From Blepharisma stoltei ATCC 30299 (Eukaryota > Protista > Ciliophora), in assembly GCA_965603825.1 (NCBI GenBank), contig CBFDEM010000033.1, positions 558,001 to 622,000 on the forward strand: a DNA stretch of 64,000 bases, in the 5' to 3' direction. Within the stretch, counting starts at the first letter, position 1. Each line of letters starts with the position of its first letter. Position numbers and translations under genes: made by a program. Shown piece after piece: positions 48,371-60,953 of this stretch. Under the pieces are notes generated by a model. It saw only the letters and a program-made list of their open reading frames with translations, was not told the DNA's origin and made no database searches.

Positions 48371-49186
48371 TTACAATCTTCTTCTTTTTATACGATTACA
48401 ATTATTCTCAAAAATGTCTTCGTTTGGCTGGGCTTTATATGAAGGAAAAATTGGATTTTTAACACTTCTAAAATTTTTATAACTTAGATTTTTCACGTCT
48501 TCCGAATGAGCAGAAGAATGAGGACTGCTCAGCTGTTGAGGCTGGATTTTAATATTAATTAAAGGGCCAGCTGCCATAAATCCTCCTCCTTTTGACAAAG
48601 ATTTTACATTTTCTCCTCCAAACGAATTTGCCTTTCTATGAAATGATAAAGATTTTCATGAAAATTTACTTGAATTCGGTGACGAGTTAGGAATATTTGA
48701 ATTATAAAATAAATCTTCCTCAAATTGAGAAGCACAAGATGAAGATGAGCTTACTTGAAATACCGAGTGTTTTGATAAAATGCTTCTTTGAAAACATTTT
48801 GGAGTCGCTGATTCTGTTTTTATATATATGCTTTCCTTATGAAAATTCGTAGAGGCATTTAATGAAACTGTGCTCATCCTTAAAGGCCTTGTATGGTACC
48901 GCTGCTTAAGACTCTTATATCTTATTGGATCTTTTTGTAATATTGGAACATCATGCTTAACTTCTATATAAACAGGCTCTTTGCTCTCTAAAGATGCCGA
49001 GGTAGTGTTTTTTAAGTCGAGGTGGAATCCATACTTATTTTCTTTTCTTTCCATACTTGTAGGTCAAGCTGTCGGCGAAGGATCAAAATTTGTCGATAAA
49101 AGCTGCTTTTCTTGCTCGATCTTCAATTTTTCTATATGTTTCCTCAATTTTTCAATATCAAATTTTGGCTGGCCAAATAAATTCAT
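48371..49186 (-). CDS. Ser-rich hypothetical protein, ~271 aa
   Basis: Two track ORFs joined by TGA 48656; frame extends upstream through another TGA to ATG 49186 (MNLFGQPKFDIEKLRKH). Confidence 0.6.
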
Positions 49187-49217
49187 TGTAAAAAAATTAT
49201 TTCATATTGTTAATATA

Positions 49218-49901
49218 ATGATTGCTTCACTAAAAGACCTGACACCTGAAGAAAGTTCAGCAGTTTCTGAAGCTCCATCAAGGGTCCAATCTATGTTTGA
49301 AGGCCCACTTAATCGTGCAAAAGCTGATGGACAGTTACACGGAAATAATTTAGATGAAAGTGAATGTGAAATTAAACTGACGCTTTTTCAAGATGGATTT
49401 TTACTTGGAGGAAATGAGTTTCATAAGTATGATGATAGTGAATCCCAGTCATATTTGCATATGATCAATCGTGGACTTGTTCCAAATGAATTAGTAGCTT
49501 CACTTGGGAATAAATCGCCAGTATTGACGATTGTGAATAAATCAAAAGAAGTGTTTAACCCTTCACAACATATACATTTTGTGGGGGAAGGCCAACAGTT
49601 AGAAGAAGCAAAAGCTAAAGCAGTAGAGCCTGTTAATGCAGAAGCAGCAACAATTGTAGTTGATGAAAGTTTGCCGAAAGTGCAAATACAATTGAGGTTT
49701 CATAATGGGCAAAAGACAAGTATTACAGTCAATACGAGTCATACGCTGAAACAAATTTATGAATATGTAGGGAAAGCTGCACCAGTTGATGGGAATTTTA
49801 ATCTTTTATCAGGATTTCCGCCAGCTGCTTTGACAGATATGGATAAAACTGTAGAAGAGCTTGGGTTGCAAGGAAGTGCGGTCACTCAAAAATTAATATA
49901 A
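49218..49901 (+). CDS. SEP + UBX domain p97/Cdc48 cofactor (p47/p37/Shp1-like), 227 aa
   Basis: MIASLKDL start; SEP LTLFQDGF...YL..INRGLVPNEL; SHP box FVGEGQQL; UBX IQLRFHNG...N.SHT...GFPP. No UBA domain. Confidence 0.9.
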   Translation: MIASLKDLTPEESSAVSEAPSRVQSMFEGPLNRAKADGQLHGNNLDESECEIKLTLFQDGFLLGGNEFHKYDDSESQSYLHMINRGLVPNELVASLGNKSPVLTIVNKSKEVFNPSQHIHFVGEGQQLEEAKAKAVEPVNAEAATIVVDESLPKVQIQLRFHNGQKTSITVNTSHTLKQIYEYVGKAAPVDGNFNLLSGFPPAALTDMDKTVEELGLQGSAVTQKLI

Positions 49902-50326
49902 TTTTTATGAAATAAAATAATTTCTTTAAACTAAAATAATTTGTTGATTATTTTTAAACCTTAAATCCATGAATTAGAAAGAATTTATAATAAATATTGT
50001 TACTTTTTGAAGCTTTCGACAATATTTTATGATAAATCAGCCACTACTACGCCAAAATAAATTAAAGTAAGAAAATTTATTTACCTTTTGATAGACATTT
50101 TAACAAAAATGCATCTAATAGATTCTGACATTTGTTTAATATTTGAATGGCAATTTTTTAAAATATGTCTAACTCTTAATTAACTTTACCTTGACAGAAA
50201 ATGCTTTAGATTTTATATCTAAAAGACAACTAAAAATGGTTTCTCTTCTAAGTATGCAGCTTCTTAGTCTTCTCCAAATTTATTCTATTTCTTCATCTAT
50301 GTCATTCTCTACGCTTTATTAAATAT

Positions 50327-50352
50327 CCAATTATCCAAATCCAATGACGTCA
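50327..50352 (+). promoter_or_regulatory. Putative CCAAT x2 plus CRE palindrome TGACGTCA
   Basis: CCAAT at 50327 and 50341, TGACGTCA at 50345-50352, about 210 bp upstream of ATG 50564. Function not shown. Confidence 0.25.
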
Positions 50353-50563
50353 CTATTCCTTCATTATTTAAAACCTCTAACCCATCTTTCTCTTACAAAA
50401 TTTTATCAGCATTAAAAATGACAGGTAATATCAATCCTTAATTTTTACGACAACCTAAAATTTTATTTCTCTCACAATTCATATTCTCTTTTTTAACTAA
50501 TTCTTCAAAGCATTAAATTATAATAGATAATAAGTTGTTGGAAAATGGATGGTAATAATAATT

Positions 50564-51745
50564 ATGAGAAAGTTTATAGCTATTGCTCTCCTTGCCTTCG
50601 TAAGCGCAAACGTGATCTTGCCTTCTCGCATCTTCCAAGTGGAGACTGGAGAAGTCTTTGCTTTACAGTCAGTCACCAGCGAAGATGCAGCCCGTATTGA
50701 ATCAGTCATGGGCTGCTCTCTTAAATGCGTAGACATGTGCTTCCAATTCGCCAAAGGTATGGCTGCTGTTCAATGTACCCAACAATGCGGCTGCAAAGAC
50801 CTTTTGACTCCAATCAAGACCACCCAGCTTTTCAGCGATTTCTCGATTGAAATCACAACACCTAAGACCGCTAATGACGACTGGGATATTGATCTCACCA
50901 TTGGCCAAGACCAAGATAAACAGGTTAACATTGAAGCTGGAACAGAACAGATTGATGAAACCACCACTGAATCCCACGTCGAAGTTGACATTGCAGGCGC
51001 CGACCCAGACAATAAAGAATTTACCTATTCAAAGGTAAAAGCTCAAGTCACCAATGAAACTGACGGGACCACCGTAGAAGCTTCTCACTCAGAATGGACC
51101 ACCCCAGGTGGAGAACTTGACGGAAGCTCTGATAGCATTAAAGTTTCTGATGGATATGGAAACTCAGAAAAAGCTTATGCAGCTGAATTCCCTAATCAAG
51201 ACGCTGCAGTTGTCCATGTAGAAGAAAAACAAGTGACCCCAACTGAAGATGGCGCTATTGTTGATGAATATCATCAAGCCGCTGCTGTTAAAAATACCAC
51301 CGATCCTTTAACAGGAGAAACTAACACCTCAGCAATTGTCGTTGAATATGGCTCAAGCACTGATTACTCTGCAGATGAGACTTCAGGATCCATTTATAAG
51401 GAAGAAGGAATCAGCTGGCAAGTTATCAACACAATCTCTATCAAGCCTATTGTTAGATCTGCAACTGGATGTGAAGTTAACTGCTCAAACTTCTGCTCAG
51501 AATTGAAAGGAGATATTGCTGCATGCATGACCACTTGCAATGCTAATTTCTGCGCTCAAGCACCAGCACAAGTCAAGACTGCTAAGCCGAAAGCTAAGTC
51601 TTTCGGAGTCTGGGCGTGGGTTGTATCAATTGCAATTCTTGGAGTCGCAGTTGCAGTGTTCCTCAGAAAGGTTTATGGAACCAAATCAAGAAGAGTCATG
51701 AATGACTTCAATGAATCAAGCGCGAGCTATAAGATCTTGGTCTAA
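50564..51745 (+). CDS. Type I membrane glycoprotein, acidic ectodomain bracketed by two Cys-rich modules, 393 aa
   Basis: Signal peptide MRKFIAIALLAFVSA; CX3CX3C modules at both ends; TM GVWAWVVSIAILGVAVAVFL; short tail ending YKILV. Confidence 0.8.
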   Translation: MRKFIAIALLAFVSANVILPSRIFQVETGEVFALQSVTSEDAARIESVMGCSLKCVDMCFQFAKGMAAVQCTQQCGCKDLLTPIKTTQLFSDFSIEITTPKTANDDWDIDLTIGQDQDKQVNIEAGTEQIDETTTESHVEVDIAGADPDNKEFTYSKVKAQVTNETDGTTVEASHSEWTTPGGELDGSSDSIKVSDGYGNSEKAYAAEFPNQDAAVVHVEEKQVTPTEDGAIVDEYHQAAAVKNTTDPLTGETNTSAIVVEYGSSTDYSADETSGSIYKEEGISWQVINTISIKPIVRSATGCEVNCSNFCSELKGDIAACMTTCNANFCAQAPAQVKTAKPKAKSFGVWAWVVSIAILGVAVAVFLRKVYGTKSRRVMNDFNESSASYKILV

Positions 51746-51883
51746 TTTAATAACTCTTCTTAGGTTTTAAACAACTTTATAATAAATTTTATTATCAAGT
51801 CTGCTATTTAAAGAAAAATTCTATTCAATAATACTTGAAACAATTATCTCTATTTAAATATTTTTTCTGAATAAAATCAACAC

Positions 51884-52438
51884 ATGCTCGAAGAAACACT
51901 CCAAGATAAACCCAAAAAGTGCATATATAAAATAGGAAAAGTTCTATGTATTGGCTCACACGCCACAAAGCCATTCATCACAATAGGTCCTCAATGGCCA
52001 TACAGCGTTTGTCTTGGTATTATCATTATATGTTTAGGCTGTCTATTTGTAGGATATTTATCGTTAAAAACTTACTTTATTCTAAACATTATTGGAGCTG
52101 CCCTTGTGCCTTTCTGTTTGCTGCTATTCATTATTACAGTTTTGAAAGACCCTGGTGTCATTTCAAAAAATAAGGACATAGATGAAGTGATGCTAAATAT
52201 ATTGAAACAGGATAAACATTTTTGTGATAAATGTCTACGTATTAAAGACTTTAAAACAGTCCACTGTAGCGAGTGCTGTGTTTGCGTTTCGAATTATGAT
52301 CATCATTGCATTGTTATGGGGAAGTGCATCGGAGGTGGGAATATCCGCTATTTTTATGCTTTTGTTTTCACAGGAATGATTGGGGTTTTTTATTTATTTA
52401 CAGTCATTATTTGTTTAATTATAAATACAACAGACTAA
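51884..52438 (+). CDS. DHHC palmitoyltransferase, 184 aa
   Basis: DPG motif; C..C.......HCSEC..CV..YDHHC...GKCIG..N.RYF. Confidence 0.9.
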   Translation: MLEETLQDKPKKCIYKIGKVLCIGSHATKPFITIGPQWPYSVCLGIIIICLGCLFVGYLSLKTYFILNIIGAALVPFCLLLFIITVLKDPGVISKNKDIDEVMLNILKQDKHFCDKCLRIKDFKTVHCSECCVCVSNYDHHCIVMGKCIGGGNIRYFYAFVFTGMIGVFYLFTVIICLIINTTD

Positions 52439-52649
52439 AGAAGTTTTTTGCGTCTATTTGAGCAGATTTTTTCATATCTAATTTTTATAATATTTTATGT
52501 TTAGTAATTTAGTAAGATTTTTATTAAGAGCTATTGTTAGTTTTATAGTAAAAAATGCTTAATTTATTGTTAAATCCTATTCATAGATATCTCTGATATT
52601 AAAGCCTTATTAATAGAAAACCCCATTATTCCAAAAAATTAGGAAATCA

Positions 52650-53063
52650 ATGGAAAGCTCTAACTACTGGTGCTATGGATGCTCAAGTTTTACAATTAAT
52701 TCTAACTATCGCTGCATTCATTGTGGCTCAGATTTTATCGAAGAACGAAATCATTCTGAAGAAATGCAAAGAATTGATGAGAATCTGAATATGTTGCAGA
52801 CCAGACTTTCAATTCTTGTAAGCTCGATACAACAGCTTACTGAAAGAATCGGGAATATTGATGCCAAGCACCCTTTATCTGAAGAAAGAATCGCCAGTTT
52901 AGAAAGAGCACATGTATCTGGCACCTGTTCTATATGTACTGAAGATCAAAGTGAAAGTGTAGCATCTGTTTTACTATCATGTGGGCACTCATATCACGAA
53001 AACTGCATTACAGTATGGCTTAGAATCCAAGGTACATGTCCTCAATGCAGAAAACAAGTCTAA
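52650..53063 (+). CDS. RING-H2 E3 ubiquitin ligase with N-terminal zinc ribbon (RNF126/RNF115-like), 137 aa
   Basis: YWCYGC...CIHCGSDFIEE; CSIC...LSCGHSYHENCITVWL...TCPQCR. Confidence 0.88.
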   Translation: MESSNYWCYGCSSFTINSNYRCIHCGSDFIEERNHSEEMQRIDENLNMLQTRLSILVSSIQQLTERIGNIDAKHPLSEERIASLERAHVSGTCSICTEDQSESVASVLLSCGHSYHENCITVWLRIQGTCPQCRKQV

Positions 53064-53115
53064 TTATTTTATGTATCATTGCATACCTTTAAATTTTATA
53101 TCTTAATACTCATGA

Positions 53116-54456
53116 TTATGATTTCGTCACATCCAAAAATATACACAAAGCAGTGATATCATCAATCACCTCTTCTTCTTGGCATCATCTATCATGTGCT
53201 TCTTTAGCTATTGCTTTACAAGCACCTTCTGAGTCTTGAAGCCTCCAATATGGGACTAAAATTTTTACGATTTCTTCATTTGGGATAAATTCAAAAATGC
53301 CGTCACTCCCTAGGCATATAAACTTGTCTTCAGGTGTCATATCGAGCTCTAATATTTCAGGCTGAGAAATAACCCCTACTGAGGCAGCAACCCGATCTCC
53401 TAATGAACGTGACATCCCAAGCCCAGGCAAGTTTTGATTTTTCAGCCATACCCTGGCAGGGCCTAAAGGGTTACCAAGCTCATCTTGGTATGATTCTACC
53501 CTGCCACCGCTATTTAAGATGCGCTTATGCTCATCTTTTTCACTTGGCTTGTGGTCTCTTGACAGCACAATAGACATCCAATGCTTGCCTGAAGAAGTCG
53601 TTTTTGAGGTATCATTCATCTGGCGCGCTATCAAGGCTCGTGAATCCCCTACATTGGCGCAGAATAAAGTAGTGCCTTTTAGCAAGACAACAATTAAGGT
53701 AGTCCCACTGAAATTTACATCAATTTCAAGGCTATTTAAATCTTCGTCACATTGGGCAATAGAAGAAGTTAGTGCTTCTTTAGGAGATCTATACAGGCTA
53801 GGATTTCTAGCAAGGAGTTCTGGCAACCTTTGTTTTACAAACCCAGAAACTTCTCCACCATAGAATCCGTGACCATCACAGACTCCAAAAAGATATAAAT
53901 CAGGGTGATTGGCAAAATTTGGAAACTCAAAATAATTGTCTTGATTGGTTTTCCCTGGGTTTTCAGGGATAAAACCTTTATTGCTGATGTGGGAAAATTG
54001 GGAGACCGTTGGCTGAGGCTTATTTATGGACAGAGACGACCTTCTTTTGTGGCCTTTGCTTTCTTTTTTCTTTAGAGTGTTCAAGCTATTAGGACGATCT
54101 ACAAGAGAAGAAGCACGAGTGTGAAGGGCTGATTTTACTTGTTTTCGTTCTGGGCCTTTGGGGGTTGATACTTTTGAATGAAACGAAGTAAAAATTCCGC
54201 TTGGCTTATTTGACGGTTTTATTGTATTTTCTTCTTTAAGAGTGCTGCTGGTTTGGTCTTCAGAAGAATCTACTATTGATTTAACGCCTGAGTGAGATCG
54301 TGATGACCTATGTCTCGGATTAACTGTATTTTTTCCAATTAAATTTGTTGGGAATTTGTCTGAAGTGTTTTCTTTTCCAATTTCATATCGCTGTTTTGAT
54401 ACAAAAGTGCTGGTTCTTGGTTTTACTTTGTGGGAAGCTAAGACTTTTGTTGCCAT
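53116..54456 (-). CDS. PP2C/PPM protein phosphatase, 446 aa
   Basis: NQD, GVCDGHG, SGTT, ANVGDSRA, DHKP, MSRSLGD, SDGIFE; the final metal-binding DDIT lies after TGA 53185 (HDR-W-CQEEEVIDDITAL). Confidence 0.93.
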
Positions 54457-54842
54457 TCAAGGTTAATTTTCTATCGTTAAATTACTTTAAATAAAATGTT
54501 CGAATTATTTATGAAACTCAGTCGATGGATTAGATGCAAAAGAGCTTATAAATATATTACCCATAAAATTTGAAATGTATCCATTGAAATTTAATTCAGC
54601 ATTTTTATGGAAAATAGAATCTCTTAATTTTCAGTTAAAAATAATTTCAACTAAAAGTTTGAAATTTCGACAAAAATAATGATAAATTACACAGTAAACT
54701 TGCAAAATATTCGAAATAAGAAAAAATTTGAATAATTATGATTATCTCCAATATATACAAAAATTGAAAATTTCGTTAATTAGCCAGTTATAAATAAAGT
54801 AACGTCAATTATAATTTTAATATAACTGCAAACTAAATAAAA

Positions 54843-57800
54843 TTAATGAGTTGTTGTCCTAAGCAGCTTTAGAACTCCTTCTCCTGAGCTTGCAAACAGC
54901 GCATTCTCCAAAAACTCAAGCTTTGTAATACCTCCCTTCGATTTTTTCGAAACTTCAATTGTTTCTTTTAGCGCCAAATCCCTCGAATCCCAAATTTTGA
55001 CCACTCCTTCTCTTCCTCCCGTCACAAAAGTAGTCTCCGTTGGATCACTCGTAATGCTTTTAATTGAGTCATGCTTCGACTCTATCGAATCGACCACTTT
55101 TTGCATCCTCAAATCATACCTTGCCAATTTCCCTTTTTTAGTCCCAATTATCAGCTGCTGATATCTCGAAATATAATGAACTGTCGTCCCACCAATATTT
55201 TCTGTATGCAGACAAGACTGATTCGGAGGTAGCAAAGTATCATAAATTGATAAAAATCCTCTTGGCTTATGCCCAATAGTGGCTATTACTGATCCTAAAT
55301 TTAGAAAGGAAAACGCAGAAGCCTTACTGCCAGCAGAGTTCATCATGGTTAGCTGAGGCTGAAAAGAGGTCGGCTGCAAGTCAAATTTGTATAAAAAGAA
55401 ATTCCCTGAAGCGTCACAGGCACCAAGCTTGTCTCCGTAGCCGTTAAAGCTCATCCAGGTAATTTTAGATGTCGTTGAAATTGTGGCAAAGTCCTGAAGA
55501 CTATCACTTCTTGTATATTGCCAAAGAGTCATCATACCGGAGTCATTACCAGTCACATATAAAGGTAAGAGAGGGTGCCCTACAATTTGGTTGACTTTTT
55601 CTTGCCTGGTTTTATGGGACGATAAAGAAGTCAATAAATGGTTAAGGGAACTTCTGTGCCAAACTGGAGGGGGCAGCTGCATTTCTTCAATAAATACTTT
55701 GCTGTGTGATGAATTAAGCATGCTTAAAGCTGAATTTATAGCTGGATTGTACATGTACTCTTCTGGGCCAATAAAAGCATCATACTGATGTAGACATTCT
55801 TGCCAAGTTTCAGGGTCTTCTATTTCGATTTCTAACTCAGCGTTTCGTTTTTTAAATTTCAATGCATGGTCAAGATTTATTTCTCTGATCCTGTCTCTTT
55901 TGCTGTTCAGAATGATCGAAATGTTTTTATTGTCACATTTATTGATAGAAAATCCTAATACTGGGTCTTTACTTCTGAATAAATCAATCCCTGATTTAAA
56001 TAAATTGGCGTTTTCCTTTAATGTTTCGTCATATTGGATGTTTTCACTTTCTTCAGGGTTATTGTGGTTTTCATGAACAAAAGTGCTGATACCTTGGCTT
56101 GAATGCTGTAAAAGGAGGTGGATTTGAGTTTTGCCTCCTACAAAGTCATTAAATGAAAGATAAGCAGCTGTGTCTGAAAAATGCTGGCCGAGATCAGTAG
56201 GAATATTAGACGGAGTATTCACAAGCATTTCTATCAATGTTTGTATAGATTTTAATGTTTCAGAAGAAATCAATTTTTGGGCTCTCGACAGTAGTCTCAA
56301 TTTCCAAGAGAAAATGCGTCTCACAAGTCTTGAAACTGGCATTAATGACCTCTTTTTTACTCCTCTTCCAGGGGCCATCATTTTTTCAATTAATTTCTCT
56401 GGAGTTTCTGCTTTATCAGTGTTAGAATCCAACAAATTGAACCTAAGCAAGCTTTTGTCCATCCATTCATCATATTCTTTGCTATTAAAGCTAATAACTA
56501 AATCATGCAATTTATTTACCAATAAATACCTTATTCAGCATGATAGCAATTTATTTGAATGCTCTGCTTGCTTTTTTGGGATTACAACCTCAGATTGAGC
56601 TTCTTTATTTTGGTCATTTAAATATTCATCAAGTCCTCGAAGGATAGCTACAACGGATTCCCATTGCCCTCTTGTATATCCAATCATAAGCTGAGACAGA
56701 AATACAGAAAAGGTGATATGGAATAAATGGGCTCTTCTATTAAGCGATAAACTGCTGAACTCAGTACTGCGGTCTCTTAATATAATTAAGCATTTAATAA
56801 GCTCATCTGCGACATCTGTAAGTGTTTCTACTTTACACAAGAAGAATGGATCTCTTGAGTATCTTGATAAAATAATATGAACTATTGCAGCTCTATGCAG
56901 TACAGACTCAGCTGCTTTTTCTAGCATTGAAACTCCTGCTAAGAGAGAACACTGATAATGCCTCATATCTCGGTTGTAAAATAAAGTAGACACGAAATCT
57001 AATAAGCTTTTTTGTGAAAATGAAAATGTAGATGATAGGTAAGAAATTTCGCTTAAAAGGGTAGGGAACTTATCGAGCCATTCGCTTTCTGCGGTGTCGT
57101 TTATTATCATTAATAAGTATTCTTTGAGTATATCATCAAGCAAGTTTATGTCAACGTTTTCATGATCTTTAAGCATTTTTAAGGCAAGAATAGGCAAACC
57201 AGCTCTCAAATAGGCTTTTGCACATCTGCCAGCCATTTCTTTTTCTATATTATCATATTTAGAAAGCTGTATTCCTTTAGTTTCGCAGTCTCTTTTAAGC
57301 TTGATTGTGTTTTTCAAGAGTTTGAAATAATAAGTCAAAGATGGGTGAAAACCTGACAGAGTAGGCTGAGTTTTTTCTGTCCAAAAATCAACATTGCTGG
57401 TCTGAAGTGGCTCATTTGGCATAGAACTTAAGCTTTCTAATGACTCTGCATGCATATTAAGCAATGAAAATGCAATACTTACAAGCCAAGGGTCTTTTAC
57501 TTGAAGCCCAGTTTTTAATAAATACCTGTCTACAAGTTGATTATAAATAGGCCCGTTTTCTCCTTCTTGCAATTTTGCTACAACCATAGCCATCTGAGGG
57601 TCTCCTAAATCCTGTGCAAGGACTTCTATAGCATTTAATAACTGTCCTCCTAACAAGAAAAAAGATGCGCTCATCTCATACTTCCTTTGCTTTCTAAGCT
57701 CAAAAGCATTTTTCTGTGCTTTTACTTGCCAGTCTTTTTGTGTGAAATCATTGACTAAAAATGTATAAATTCTTTTATTTTCTGCATCTTGCTTATAAAG

Positions 57801-60800
57801 GTTCAAAAGAATGCTCTTTTTCCCTAATGCTAAGTACCACAAAGTGACAGCTTTTGGGTCTTTATTGACCCTGAACTCATTTCTTGCAATGGTTTCTATC
57901 ATAGATTTAACTCGATATAATGATTTTACCCAAATTCCCATGCCGTACATCCTCATTTGTGGCCAGTCCATTTCTCCTGTAAATAGAACTTGGAATAAGG
58001 TATCTTGTTGGTCTGAATGGAGTACCCAGGCTATATCCATTGTAGATAAACACTGAGGTTTGGATTTCATAGGCTTTTTTTGTTCGTTATAAAATTTGAA
58101 AATTCTGACGTTGAGATAGAAAACTTTGACGAAATCGTCCATTGTACGGTTTTGGGATTGGAGCAAAGAGTAACTGTCGATAGCAGTAAAGAGCTGCATT
58201 AGGAGCAAAACGTCGCCAGAAAGCCCTGGGAGCTCTATTGTGGCTTCTTGGAGCTTTTCTTTTAGCCTTTTTGCGTCAGTTTCGGAAAACTGAGATGTAG
58301 GAGCAGCCTGAGCTGCGACAGGTGCGCTAGGCTGGGCTTCGAAAAACCAATCAAAACTGCTAGATGCAGCTGGAGCTGGGGCAGGAGCTTGGACTTTTTC
58401 TTCTTGGATTTTAAAAAAGTCGTCAAGCTTTAAATCAAGTGTGTAGCACATTTTGCCTTTTTCAATATTGGTCTCAATAGTTTTAAATAGCATTTCAATA
58501 ATTTTGGTATGGTTTCCTCTCATTAGTTCAAACAAAGTTAAAGGGTGGTAATAAGGTTTAGGAATCTGGTACTTAGCAAGCTCTTGCTGAATATGGTTAT
58601 GAGTATAAATATTAAGAATTCGTTTTACACCTAAAAGAATGTGCTGGAACGAAGAAACTCCTAAGCACGCACTTTCACTATCCAAAGCGTTTTCTACAAT
58701 ATATCTCCAGGGCATTTCCTGCTCTCCTACAGTATGCAAGAATTCTTGCGCTAAAACTTGTATTAAGCTTTTAAATACAATTACAATATTTTCCGTAATA
58801 AGCCCTTTTGACAAGAAATTAGTTAAAAATTGTCCACTTTGCGGGATTGTGAACCTACCTATTTGGTTGCCTTCAAGAGTATAGAAACTCAAACTTTGTG
58901 ACTTAGGTGAGACTAGCATTATGATTTTTGACACTTTCATAGAGTATTCGTCCATTACCAAGCTTTTTTCCCACATAGTTCTTGTTCCATTTGCTTCTAT
59001 AGTACTACAGCATAGCTTGGTTTTAGTCAGACTATACATATAATGTATATACGTTTGGTCATAGTCATCATTATAAACTTTGATCGAATTTAAATGTGTA
59101 TCACAAAAATTATCTTCTTTTGCGTCTATAAGAGTCGATATAATTCCACGGTCATATCCTATGCTCCACACTTGGCAGCCTTTATTTTTAAAAATTGCTG
59201 AAACTAAAAATCTGATGCCGCAGTCAGCGTTTTCTATACTGGAAGTATTGATTTTGGTGCATACTCCTTCCATTCCTTGCCAAGAATGTATAACACTCCA
59301 GTGCATGCTTGGCAATTTCAGTTTATTCCCAGTGTCTGACATCCACTTATAAACGTTTAATTTCCCAGTTTTGTCTCCACAGATGAGTAGAGCATACTTT
59401 TGAATCCACTTTACAAAGGTATAGGAAGCTTGTTCTAGGACTCCCCAGTGTCTTAGTTGGTCAACTGCTCTTGGATCTTGTTTTACTCCCATATGAGTGC
59501 TTCATATTCTTACCATTCCAGTATTGTCAAGAGTGGAGACTAAAGGAAGAGTCCCATGAGGGACTACTTGGACAATATCACCACGATGTCCTCCATAAAC
59601 TCCTGTTAACGCTGATGAGTAGCCTCCGTATTCTTGTCCACCGTAGCGTTTTCTCCACCTTACAAAGTCTCCAGCGACGTCTAGGCTTATAACTTGAATT
59701 TCTTCAAACTCTTTTATGACAAAGAAAGGCAGCTGGGACGGGATTCATCTTGAGGCTTCTATGCTCCAGTGGTTAGAAAATTGTAAATGAGATTTTATAT
59801 TAATTGCGGTTACTGGAAATGCGCCTAGGCCTTCACACATATAATACACCACTTTTGTGCCTTCAGCGATCACAAACCACTCAACAGGAATCCTATCCTT
59901 CATCATTGCTCCAAAAATAGGCTGTTCTGGCTCACTTTTTCTTGCTCTAAGTATACATGATCTCGCATTCATCGTAAATTGGACATCTCCTTGTCCCTGC
60001 CTTAAAAATTCTTGTTTCTGAGCCAGCTGTGAAATGTTATTTTCCATACTTTTAAAATCTCTAAGTCAAGAAGCCAACCCATTATTTGTCCTAATCTGAA
60101 AAACTATATTAAACCCAATTCCTTCAGGACTTGTATATTCACTTCATATCCTAACCCAGCCATCTGCATTTATCGTTAAAAGAGCATTTGGGTTATAATA
60201 ATTCAAATACAGCTTGAAAACACTTATATCTTTCCAGTCAAACCAAGACACTCGTGTATTATTATTCAGCTTCAAAGATCTCAATGCATCTGAATTCAGC
60301 TGAGGAAATTGCGTTTCCTCATTCAAATGTCCTTCTCTATAAAAAATAAAAACTCTTGAATCTTCTCTGCATGTCGCAATCAGTCTTCCATCAGGTGAAA
60401 TCGACCCATATTCAAACTGGCTTTTGATGCTCCACAAAGGTTTTTCATTAAATTGGAGCTCTCCTGTTTTTTCGACCTCAAAATTCCAGACACATAATTT
60501 CTCACTGACACTTAACAGTGTATCTCCAAAAAAAGACCATGATAAGCTCTTTGGGACCCCTTCAGGCTTGAGATTGATTTTGCATTCCCATTGGACTGGG
60601 GAGATTGGTTGAGGAATATAGATACTGATTGAGTTCAAGCTTCCAGCTGCAAGTCTTCCTCCTGTGCGGGCCCAGCTTACAGAGGTCACATCAGAAGTGT
60701 TCTCTTGTATAATTTGTTGAACCATAAAAGTATGAGTTTGTGCAATCACAATTGAAGCGCCGCTGCCATATGCGTGAAGTAAAGTACCGTCGTAGCAGCC

Positions 60801-60857
60801 GAATGAGATGCAGAATTGAGAGTTGGGAGCCCCAGGGATTACTTGAGATGGCTTCAT
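54843..60857 (-). CDS. Rabconnectin-3 alpha / DMXL / RAVE subunit Rav1-like WD40 protein, ~2004 aa
   Basis: Four ORFs in one frame joined by TGA. N-terminal QVIPGAPN; Rav1p_C motifs YHPLTL.EL, IAWVLHSDQQ, MRMYGMGIWV, DP....LWYLALGKK, KAQKNAF.L..Q.....ASFFLLGG; C-terminal WD40s with HPLLPLYVTG and DTLLPP. Confidence 0.88.
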
Positions 60858-60953
60858 ATTCAATAATTATAAATTCGTAAGATATTTAATTAGGCTTAAA
60901 AATAAGGCAATTTGTCAAAGAAATTTTAACTTAAGTCCTAACTATGGGCCTAT

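Noticed and set aside
48981-49217. 79-aa N-terminal extension of the UBX ORF from a TTG start
   Set aside because: It is the antisense of the 48371..49186 gene; the homologous start is MIASLKDL at 49218.
50552-50568. Possible intron GTAATAATAATTATGAG at the start of the membrane protein
   Set aside because: 17 nt, lacks the A at -6, and removal would delete the ATG of a good signal peptide.
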